From Candidatus Eiseniibacteriota bacterium (GTDB lineage: Bacteria; ARS69), in assembly GCA_052390515.1 (NCBI GenBank), contig JBQTGV010000082.1, positions 1-15,531 of the forward strand: a stretch of 15,531 bases of DNA, in the 5' to 3' direction. This document shows positions 8,110-15,414 of the stretch, piece by piece (the first letter of the stretch is position 1; each line of letters opens with the position of its first letter). Position numbers and translations under genes: made by a program. The notes under the pieces are model-generated. The model ran no database searches, was not told where the DNA came from, and saw nothing but the letters and a program-made list of their open reading frames with translations.

Positions 8110-9786
8110 TTGAACGAGCTCGACATCAAGCGCAGGGCCAACGAGTTCCTGCACAAGGGGCGCTATCAGGAGGCCATCGCCGAGTACCAGAGCCTCCTGT
8201 CGCAGCTCAGGAAGCCGAACCCCGCCATCCTGAACCTCATCGGCGATCTCCACGTCAAGCAGGGCGACTTCGAGAAGGGATTCGAGTGCTACCTGCAGGC
8301 GTCCCGCGGGTACGCCGAGGAGGGGCTGTTCCACAACGGCATCGCGGTCGGCAAGAAGGTCCTGCGTCTCGACAAGGATCAGAACGAGGTGTACGGGATG
8401 CTCGGCCTGCTCTACGCGAGGCAGGGCCTGGGCATGGACTGCGTCAAGTTCCTCGGCGAATACGCGCGCCGCATGGAGCGCGCGGGCGAATTCCCGGCGG
8501 CGCTGGCCTCGTACGCCGAGGCCTGCGAGGTCCTGTCCGACTTCCCTGACGTGCACATGACGTACGGCGAGATGCTGGAGGGGGTCGACCGCAAGGAGGA
8601 CGCGGCGACGGCGTTCGAGCGCGCCGCGACGGCCTTCGCCGAGCGTGAGATGCACGCCGAGGCCATGGAGCAGCGCCGGCGGGCCCGCGCTCTCCGCGGA
8701 GGAGGAGGCCCCTCCGAGGAATCGAAGGTGCGCGGCGTCCGCGAGCTGATGAACCTGCGCACGCTGGACGACACCCCGAAACCCGCGACGTCGCCGTCCC
8801 GCGGGAAGGCCTGGAACGTCTTCGATCCGGCGCAGAATCCCGAGATTCCGCCGCCGCCGCCCCTGCCTCGGCGTCCGGGGGCGAAGCGTGTGGCACCGGT
8901 GTTCGAGCCCGTCGCCGACCTGGCGGAGGAGCCGATCGAGTCGTCGCCGCAGATCTACGAGCTGCCCATCGAGCTGCCGCGCGTCGCACCGGCGGCTCCA
9001 CCGCCACCACCGGCACCCGCGCCGGTCGAGCTTCCGCAGGTCGCACTGCCGCCGCGGACCGTCGCTCCGCCGCCGGCCTTCCCGCCGCAGCCCGTCCTGC
9101 CGCCGCCGCTCCCCGTCGCGGCCGAGGCGGCCGGCGAGGAAGCCGACCCGTATGCGCTGGAGCTCGAGCCGCCGCACGCCGCCATCACCAAGCACCTCGA
9201 TCTGACGCGGGCCCCGGAGGCGATGCGCCCGGACCCCGTCGTCCCGGCGGAGCCGGCCGAGGCGCCGGAGCTCGTCGAGTTCTTCGAGACCGCGGCGGGC
9301 GCCGAGTCCGAGCGGGCCGTCATCGTCGGCGACGACTTCGAGCTGGTGCGCGAGGGCGGGGACGTCTACGAGGTGATCAACGACTTCCGCGAAGCGACCA
9401 TGGAGCTGCTGGATCTCGACGATCACCAGTCGCACTACGACCTGGGAACGACGTACATGGAGATGGAGCTGTTCGACGAGGCCGCCGCCGAGTTCGAGAT
9501 CTCCGCGCGCGGCCCGACGTTCGCGCTGCCCAGCCAGGAGATGCTCGGCTACTGCTTCCTGCGCAAGGGCCAGATCGACCTCGCCATCCGCGAGCTCCGC
9601 AAGGGTCTCGCCATCGAGGGTCACGACGACCGCGACAAGCTCGGGCTGCTCTACAACCTCGGGGTCGCGTGCCGCGTGGTGGATCGGGAGAGCGACGCGA
9701 TCGGCTATTTCCGGCGCATCCTGGAGATCGATCCGGACTTCCGCGATACGCGGAGCCGTCTGGAGAGGCTGGTCAACGCCGGCTAG
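8110..9786 (+). CDS. Cytoplasmic tetratricopeptide-repeat protein: N-terminal TPRs, Pro-rich/acidic linker, C-terminal TPRs (SgmX-like layout)
   Basis: TTG start with GGAGGAG at 8099-8105; 558 aa. N-terminal TPR-like helices ('GRYQEAIAEYQSLL', 'ILNLIGDLHVKQGD', 'GIAVGKKVLRLD') and C-terminal TPRs ('SHYDLGTTYMEMELFDEAAAEF', 'LLYNLGVACRVV...AIGYFRRILEIDPDFRDT'). No signal peptide or TM segment is apparent. Confidence 0.88.
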   Translation: MNELDIKRRANEFLHKGRYQEAIAEYQSLLSQLRKPNPAILNLIGDLHVKQGDFEKGFECYLQASRGYAEEGLFHNGIAVGKKVLRLDKDQNEVYGMLGLLYARQGLGMDCVKFLGEYARRMERAGEFPAALASYAEACEVLSDFPDVHMTYGEMLEGVDRKEDAATAFERAATAFAEREMHAEAMEQRRRARALRGGGGPSEESKVRGVRELMNLRTLDDTPKPATSPSRGKAWNVFDPAQNPEIPPPPPLPRRPGAKRVAPVFEPVADLAEEPIESSPQIYELPIELPRVAPAAPPPPPAPAPVELPQVALPPRTVAPPPAFPPQPVLPPPLPVAAEAAGEEADPYALELEPPHAAITKHLDLTRAPEAMRPDPVVPAEPAEAPELVEFFETAAGAESERAVIVGDDFELVREGGDVYEVINDFREATMELLDLDDHQSHYDLGTTYMEMELFDEAAAEFEISARGPTFALPSQEMLGYCFLRKGQIDLAIRELRKGLAIEGHDDRDKLGLLYNLGVACRVVDRESDAIGYFRRILEIDPDFRDTRSRLERLVNAG

Positions 9787-9803
9787 GCCGGCCGGCTCCC
9801 GCG

Positions 9804-9832
9804 TTGACGATCCGAGGGCGTGCCCTTACCTT
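9804..9832 (+). promoter_or_regulatory. Putative sigma70-type promoter for the S-component/TBDR operon
   Basis: TTGACG (9804-9809), 17-nt spacer, TACCTT (9827-9832), within the 88-bp intergenic region. Confidence 0.7.
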
Positions 9833-9874
9833 CCGGGCCGACTGAACTCCCGTTCCCCGCCGGCTCGATTCGCC

Positions 9875-10381
9875 ATGTCCTCGCGTTCCGTCGCCACGGT
9901 CGGCATGTTCGCCGCGCTCGTCGCGGCGCTCGGCTACCTGCTCTCCGGCGTGCCCAACGTCGAGCTCATGACGCTGGGCATCTTCGTGTCGGGAGCACTC
10001 GTCGGAGCGGCGGGCGGCGCCGGCGTCGGGGCGTGCGGCATGGCGCTCTACTCCGGCTTCAATCCGTACGGCATGGCCCCGCCGCCGACGTACCTGACCC
10101 AGGTGCTGGGTGCCGCAGGCATCGGCGCGGCCGGCGGCCTGCTCTCCGGTTCCGTGCTCGGACCGCTCCGCAGCAGCGCGGTCGGGTTCCTGCTCACGTT
10201 CGGCTACGACGTGCTGACCAACCTGGGCACGGCGTGGGCCACGGGCCTGGACGTCGTGCCGGTGATGATCGGCGGGATCACCTTCGGTATCTGGCACATG
10301 CTGTCCAATGCGGTCCTCTTCGCCGTGGCCGGGCCGCCGCTGCTCGCGGCGCTCCGCCGGCGGCGGGCGCGCGCGATTTGA
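9875..10381 (+). CDS. ECF transporter S-component (CbrT-like), 168 aa
   Basis: Small, very hydrophobic protein with about 5-6 TM segments. TM1 'VATVGMFAALVAALG' carries AxxxA and is followed by 'VPNVELMTLGIFVSGALVG...G..VG' (the PN(V/I) motif I associate with CbrT-type S-components). It also has 'FNPYG', 'YDVLTN', 'WHMLSNAVLF' and a basic C-terminal tail. Confidence 0.82.
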   Translation: MSSRSVATVGMFAALVAALGYLLSGVPNVELMTLGIFVSGALVGAAGGAGVGACGMALYSGFNPYGMAPPPTYLTQVLGAAGIGAAGGLLSGSVLGPLRSSAVGFLLTFGYDVLTNLGTAWATGLDVVPVMIGGITFGIWHMLSNAVLFAVAGPPLLAALRRRRARAI

Positions 10382-12276
10382 CGACGGCCGCGCTCTTCCT
10401 GCTGCTGGCGGCGACGGCCGATTCCGCGGCAGCCGATTCGACTGTCGCTGCGGAGCCGACGGCAGCCGACTCCGCCTTCGCGGCCGACTCGACGGCCGCC
10501 CCGGACTCGGCCGCGGTGGTCTTCGCCCCGTTCCGCCGCAACCCGACGGCGGACGATCTCGCTGCCTTCCGCCTGGAGCGCTCCGCGGACCTCGAGCAGA
10601 TCGCGTTCGGCGAGCCCGATGATCCGATCGTCGCGCCGGGACTGCAGTCCCTCGCCGACGTGCTGCGGCTCTCCCCCTCGGTGCGCACCCGCGAGATCTC
10701 CCAGGGACCGACGTCGCAGAGCTTCGAGCTGGACGGCGGCGGATCGGGGCGAGCCGACGTGCTGCTGGGCTCGCGCTCGATCCAGGTGCCCTTCACGTCC
10801 GGCCCGCACACGCACGAGGTGATGCTCTCGGAGATCTCCCGCGCGCGCGTGGTCCGCGGCGGCGCCGCGGCGCTCTACGGGCCCGAATCCGTGTCCGGCG
10901 CGGTCGTGCTCGACCCGGCGTTCCCCGTCGTCGACGATCTCGTCACGCGCGCGTTCGCAGAGGAAGGAGTGGACGAGTACCAGCGTGCCGGCTTCCAGGC
11001 TTCGCGGTTCCTCGGGAGGAACGCCGGCTTCTTCCTGACGACGGAGTCGCGCCGCATCGACGGGTTCTTCCCGGGTACGAAGGAAGTGGACCGGCACTTC
11101 GCCGGACGCATCGCCTCCCGGCTTCCCGCCGGTCTCGAAGGCGAGCTCGGGCACCGCCGCTTCGAGGGCGACGGGCGCTTCGATCACTCGGGCGGCATCG
11201 GCACGATCGAGACCGGACGAACGGAGTGGAGCGCGTCGGTACTCCGCCCCGCGGGCGAAGGTCGGGGCACGTTGCTGGAGGGCCGGTGGCTCTCCGAGAA
11301 GTTGAAGAGCGTGGTGTCGGACACGGTGACGACCCGCCACGTCGACGGGCCGCTCGTGCGTGTCACCGCGGATCTTCCGGACGTCGCCGGATGGACCTCG
11401 GTGGCACGGCTCGAGGCGGTGCGGTGGCAGATCGAGGACGGCCAAGGAGACGTGACCGACGTCTTCTGGCGCGGCGCCGCTGCGCTTCGCGGGACGCGTG
11501 CCATCGGCGTCGGCTCCGGGTTCACCGGGACGGTGCGCGTCGACGCCGAGGAGAACGATCGGAACGCAGTTCAGACCCGAGCCGAGGCGTGGACGATGCT
11601 CGGCCCGGCGACCTTCTTCGCCGTCGCTTCGCGCGGGGAGCGCTTCGCCGACCGCGCCGCCGTGCAAAGCTCGACCAACGAGGTGCATCGCACCGCGCAG
11701 GCCGGCGCGCGGCTCTCGCTCGGGGGGCTCGAGGCGCGCGCGATCGCGTTCGCGACGCGGATCGAAGACCTTCGCCCCGAGCCGACGCTCGACGAGCTGC
11801 GTGCGCACGTGCCGAGCACCGCCGCGCCGCAGGGCCGCGGCCGCATCGACGGCGCGACCGCGGGCATCGACACGCCGCGCTTCGCCGTGCCGGGGCTGTC
11901 GTGGCTCGGGCGGCTGAAGCTGGACACGAGCTTCACGCTGCAGGAGGCGGAGAACTCCGACACCGGCGCGCCGCTCCCGCGGCGGGCGGAGCGGATCTGG
12001 ACCGGCGAGGGGTTCCTGGAGCACCGCTTCTTCCGGGACGAGCTGCTCGCGCGGGCGCGCGGCCGGCTCACCCACCAGGGCGGCCGGGTGGACGAAGACG
12101 GCGAGCTCGTCGTCGACCTATGGCTGACCGACGTGCTGCTCGAAGGCGAGGTGGGGGACGCCGTCTTCTTCTACCGCTTCCACGACCTGATGGAACGCGC
12201 CGACGAGATCGAGCCGGGTTTCCGCCTGCCCGGATTCTCGCGGACGTACGGGATCACCTGGCGCTTCCGCGGGTGA
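10378..12276 (+). CDS. TonB-dependent-receptor-like outer-membrane protein (plug + beta-barrel), divergent, about 632 aa
   Basis: Likely start is TTG 10378, in a TTGA overlap with the S-component stop. The ORF-track start at 9820 would overlap the whole upstream gene. Short hydrophobic leader (MTTAALFLLLAATA). Plug-like segment 'SLADVLRLSPSV...EISRARVVRGGAAALYGPESVSGAVVL' (compare IERIEV.RG..SALYG..A.GGVI). Alternating amphipathic strands follow, ending 'PGFRLPGFSRTYGITWRFRG'. Confidence 0.8.
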   Translation: MTTAALFLLLAATADSAAADSTVAAEPTAADSAFAADSTAAPDSAAVVFAPFRRNPTADDLAAFRLERSADLEQIAFGEPDDPIVAPGLQSLADVLRLSPSVRTREISQGPTSQSFELDGGGSGRADVLLGSRSIQVPFTSGPHTHEVMLSEISRARVVRGGAAALYGPESVSGAVVLDPAFPVVDDLVTRAFAEEGVDEYQRAGFQASRFLGRNAGFFLTTESRRIDGFFPGTKEVDRHFAGRIASRLPAGLEGELGHRRFEGDGRFDHSGGIGTIETGRTEWSASVLRPAGEGRGTLLEGRWLSEKLKSVVSDTVTTRHVDGPLVRVTADLPDVAGWTSVARLEAVRWQIEDGQGDVTDVFWRGAAALRGTRAIGVGSGFTGTVRVDAEENDRNAVQTRAEAWTMLGPATFFAVASRGERFADRAAVQSSTNEVHRTAQAGARLSLGGLEARAIAFATRIEDLRPEPTLDELRAHVPSTAAPQGRGRIDGATAGIDTPRFAVPGLSWLGRLKLDTSFTLQEAENSDTGAPLPRRAERIWTGEGFLEHRFFRDELLARARGRLTHQGGRVDEDGELVVDLWLTDVLLEGEVGDAVFFYRFHDLMERADEIEPGFRLPGFSRTYGITWRFRG

Positions 12277-12280
12277 CGAA

Positions 12281-12309
12281 TTGACACGCCCCGGAGCCGC
12301 CGATACCCT
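12281..12309 (+). promoter_or_regulatory. Putative sigma70-type promoter for cvpA-manB-manC
   Basis: Perfect TTGACA (12281-12286), 17-nt spacer, TACCCT (12304-12309), then GGAGG RBS at 12316-12320 and GTG at 12328. Confidence 0.75.
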
Positions 12310-12327
12310 GCCGCCGGAGGCGGTGCC

Positions 12328-12858
12328 GTGAACTGGGTCGATCTCGTCATCGTGGGTGCCACGGCCGCGACGGTGATCGCCGGGCTCGCGCGCGGCGCGC
12401 TTCGCACCATCTTCCCCGTCGCCGGGGTGATCATCGGGTTCCTGGTGGCCTCCCGCGAGTCCGGCGCCATCGGCCTGCTGCTCTCCCGCTGGATGCGCGA
12501 CGACCTGGCCCAGGTCACCGGCTTCGTGGTCACGTTCTTCGGCATCGCCCTCGTCTTCGTGCTGATCGGCCACCTGCTGCGCGCTCTGGTCAGCGGACTC
12601 TTGCTGGGCTGGCTGGACCGGCTCGCCGGTGGGGTGCTCGGGTTCCTGCAGGCGGCGGTCGCGCTCGGCGTGCTGGCGCTCGTCGTCGAAGGGCAGGGCG
12701 GCTTCCCCGCGGCGAGTCAGGCCGCCACGTATCCGTACGCGCTCCAGGCGGGGCAGATGCTGCTGAAGGTCGTGCCCGAGAACACGCAGGCGCGGCTGCA
12801 CTGGGATCGGCTGAAGAGCCGCCTCCGCGACGCCCAGGCCGAACGCCGGGTCATCTGA
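12328..12858 (+). CDS. cvpA: CvpA family (colicin V production) membrane protein
   Basis: 176 aa; 'MNWVDLVIV...GLARGALRTIF' at the N-terminus and the 'LGWLDRLAGGVLG' motif typical of CvpA, with about 4 hydrophobic segments. Confidence 0.9.
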   Translation: MNWVDLVIVGATAATVIAGLARGALRTIFPVAGVIIGFLVASRESGAIGLLLSRWMRDDLAQVTGFVVTFFGIALVFVLIGHLLRALVSGLLLGWLDRLAGGVLGFLQAAVALGVLALVVEGQGGFPAASQAATYPYALQAGQMLLKVVPENTQARLHWDRLKSRLRDAQAERRVI

Positions 12859-12913
12859 CGGCGGGCCGGTTCCCCTTCCCGAGCCGGCTCCGCCCCTTCC
12901 GAACGAGGAGAAC

Positions 12914-14281
12914 ATGGCGAAGATCCCGCGCGAAATCTTCCGCGAGTACGACATCCGCGGCATCGTCGACCGCGACTTGAGTCCCGCCACTTGCGAGGCG
13001 ATCGGCCAGGGCCTCGGCACCGCGCTGGTGCGCGCCGGCGCGAAGAACGCGGTCATCGGGCGGGACGTGCGCCTCTCCTCCGACCGCATCCGCGACGATC
13101 TCGTGCGCGGCCTCGTCTCCACCGGTCTCGACGTCACCGACCTGGGCGTCCTGCCCACACCGGCGCTCTACTACGGGCTGTACACGCTGGGCGTGGGTGG
13201 CGGCGTCATGATCACCGGCAGCCACAATCCCGCGGAGTACAACGGATTCAAGACGTCCGTCGGCAAGGCATCCATCCACGGGGAGAAGATCCAGGAGGTG
13301 CGCAGGCTCATCGAGGCGGACGACTTCGAGCGCGGCAGCGGATCCGTGGCGACGAAGCGCATCCTGCCCGAGTACCTCGGGCGGCTCACCGAGGGCGTGA
13401 TGCCCGACCGCGGCCTCACCGTCGTCGTGGACGCGGGCAACGGCGTGGCCGGACCGCACGCACCTTCGGTGCTGGAGACGCTGGGCTGCACGGTGTACGC
13501 GCTCTACTGCGAGCCGGACGGCCGCTTCCCCAACCATCATCCCGATCCGACGGTCGAGGCGAACCTGAAGGACCTCATCGCCAAGGTGCGGGAGACCGAC
13601 GCGGACCTCGGGATCGCCTTCGACGGCGACGCCGACCGCATCGGCGTGGTGGACGAGAAGGGCGGGATCATCTGGGGCGACCGGCTGCTCGCGCTGTACG
13701 CCCGGGACGTGCTCGAGGACGGACCCACGTCGATCATCTTCGAGGTGAAGTGCTCGAAGGGACTGATCGAGGACATCCTTGCGCACGGCGGCACTCCGGT
13801 CATGTGGCGCACCGGACACTCGCTCATCAAGCAGAAGATGAAGGAGACCGGCGCGCTCCTCGCCGGGGAGATGTCCGGGCATATGTTCTTCGCCCACCGT
13901 TACTACGGCTTCGACGACGCGCTGTACGCGGCCTGCCGGCTCGTCGAGATCGTGGCGAACGAGGACGCGCCGCTCTCCGAGATCATGGCGTCCATCCCGT
14001 CGTATCCGTCCACGCCCGAGATCCGCGTGGAGTGCGCCGAGGACCACAAGTTCGAGGTGGTCAAGCGCATCACCGAGCACTTCCGCAAGACTCACCCGGT
14101 CGTCGACGTGGACGGTGCGCGCATCGACTTCGGTGACGGCTGGGGGCTGGTGCGCGCGTCGAACACGACCCCGCTGCTCGTGCTGCGCTTCGAGGCGGAC
14201 ACGACCGCGCGTCTGGCCGGAATCAGGGGCATCGTGGAGAAGAAGCTCGGCGAAGTCATGAGCGCCGTGGTCGGCTCGTGA
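12914..14281 (+). CDS. manB: Phosphomannomutase/phosphoglucomutase (AlgC/ManB type)
   Basis: 455 aa; RBS GAGGAG at 12905-12910. Motifs: 'IFREYDIRG', catalytic phosphoserine loop 'MITGSHNP', metal loop 'FDGDADR', sugar loop 'GEMSGH', phosphate-binding 'LVRASNT'. Confidence 0.97.
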   Translation: MAKIPREIFREYDIRGIVDRDLSPATCEAIGQGLGTALVRAGAKNAVIGRDVRLSSDRIRDDLVRGLVSTGLDVTDLGVLPTPALYYGLYTLGVGGGVMITGSHNPAEYNGFKTSVGKASIHGEKIQEVRRLIEADDFERGSGSVATKRILPEYLGRLTEGVMPDRGLTVVVDAGNGVAGPHAPSVLETLGCTVYALYCEPDGRFPNHHPDPTVEANLKDLIAKVRETDADLGIAFDGDADRIGVVDEKGGIIWGDRLLALYARDVLEDGPTSIIFEVKCSKGLIEDILAHGGTPVMWRTGHSLIKQKMKETGALLAGEMSGHMFFAHRYYGFDDALYAACRLVEIVANEDAPLSEIMASIPSYPSTPEIRVECAEDHKFEVVKRITEHFRKTHPVVDVDGARIDFGDGWGLVRASNTTPLLVLRFEADTTARLAGIRGIVEKKLGEVMSAVVGS

Positions 14282-15336
14282 GCACGGTCCACGCCGTCAT
14301 CCTGGCCGGCGGGAGGGGGACGCGCTTCTGGCCGGCGAGCCGGGAAGCGCTGCCCAAGCAGTTCCTCGCCGTGGGCGGGGGCGACTCTCTGCTCACCAGA
14401 ACCGGCCGGCGGATCTTCCCGCTGACCGGGACGAGCCACGCGTGGGTCGTCACCGGGGCGGCGCACGTCGCGCGGGTGGCGGAGCATCTGCCGGAGCTTT
14501 CCGCGGAGCGGATCGTGGGCGAACCCGTGGGGCGGAACACCGCGCCGGCCGTCGGGCTCGCGGCGGCGCTCGTCCTGCGCGAGGATCCCGAGGGCGTGCT
14601 GCTCGTCGCGCCGGCGGACGCGTGGATCCCGGACGAGGTGGCGTTCCGCGAGGCGGCGTCGGCGGCGTGCGCCTTCGCCTCGGAGCGCGGCGGACTCGTC
14701 ACCTTCGGCATCGCGCCGGCGTCTCCTGCAACCGGCTACGGATACGTGGAGGCGGGGAAGGCGGTCGCCGGCGGCGTGCGCCGCGCCGTCCGTTTCACCG
14801 AGAAACCTGACGCGGCGACCGCGGCGCGCTTCCTCGCCGCCGGCCGGCACTTCTGGAACGCGGGGATCTTCGCCTGGCGGGCGGACGTGTTTCTCGAAGA
14901 GCTCGCGCGGCAGCGGCCCGCCATGGCCGACGCGTGCCGCCGCATGGCCGCCGCGAAGGACCTCGGGCGTGCGCTGGCCGCGGAGTACCCGGCGCTCGAG
15001 TCCATCTCGGTGGACTACGGCCTGCTGGAGGCGGCCGCCGACGTGTACGTACTGCCGGTCACGTTCGCGTGGTCCGACGTCGGCAGCTGGGACGTGCTCC
15101 CGGCCCTTCTCTCCCCGGACGGACGCGGTAACGTGCTCCTGGGCGACGTGCTCGCGCTCGATGCGGCGCGGTGCCTCGTGCGGTCGGAGCAGCGGTTCAC
15201 GGCGCTCGTCGGCGTCGAGGACCTGCTGGTCGTCGACACCGCGGATGCGCTCCTGATCTGCCCGAAGGCCAGGGCCCAGGACGTGAAGCAGGTGGTCGAG
15301 CACCTGGAGAAGTCCGGCCGCCGCGACCTGCTGTAG
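14278..15336 (+). CDS. manC: Mannose-1-phosphate guanylyltransferase (monofunctional, no C-terminal PMI cupin)
   Basis: 352 aa, GTGA overlap with the PMM stop. Motifs: 'VILAGGRGTRFWPASREALPKQFL', 'EPVGRNTAPA', 'TFGI.P..PATGYGY', 'FTEKP', 'WNAGIF', 'ISVDYG', 'WSDVGSW', 'VVDTADALL'. Confidence 0.96.
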   Translation: MSTVHAVILAGGRGTRFWPASREALPKQFLAVGGGDSLLTRTGRRIFPLTGTSHAWVVTGAAHVARVAEHLPELSAERIVGEPVGRNTAPAVGLAAALVLREDPEGVLLVAPADAWIPDEVAFREAASAACAFASERGGLVTFGIAPASPATGYGYVEAGKAVAGGVRRAVRFTEKPDAATAARFLAAGRHFWNAGIFAWRADVFLEELARQRPAMADACRRMAAAKDLGRALAAEYPALESISVDYGLLEAAADVYVLPVTFAWSDVGSWDVLPALLSPDGRGNVLLGDVLALDAARCLVRSEQRFTALVGVEDLLVVDTADALLICPKARAQDVKQVVEHLEKSGRRDLL

Positions 15337-15344
15337 CTCGACAC

Positions 15345-15414
15345 GAGGTCGGCCGCTCCCCGCCGACGACGCCGGCCGGTGTCGGCATCCCGCGCCGCCC
15401 GCCCGGCCGACCTC
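15345..15414 (+). repeat. Nested inverted repeat / stem-loop immediately downstream of manC
   Basis: GAGGTCGGCCG (15345-15355) is the perfect reverse complement of CGGCCGACCTC (15404-15414). An inner stem pairs GCCGAC (15362-15367) with GTCGGC (15381-15386). There is no U-tract, so I do not call it an intrinsic terminator. Confidence 0.6.

Noticed and set aside
9820..10377. N-terminal extension of the 818-aa ORF, suggesting a nested gene or an S-component/TBDR fusion
   Set aside because: The extension is Arg-rich nonsense overlapping the S-component in another frame. The TTG at 10378 with TTGA coupling and a hydrophobic leader is the better start, and there is no evidence of a frameshifted fusion.
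12859..12913. Imperfect direct repeat GCCGG(T/C)TCC…CCTTCC(C)GA between cvpA and manB
   Set aside because: It is short, imperfect and low-complexity in a GC-rich context, with no supportable function.
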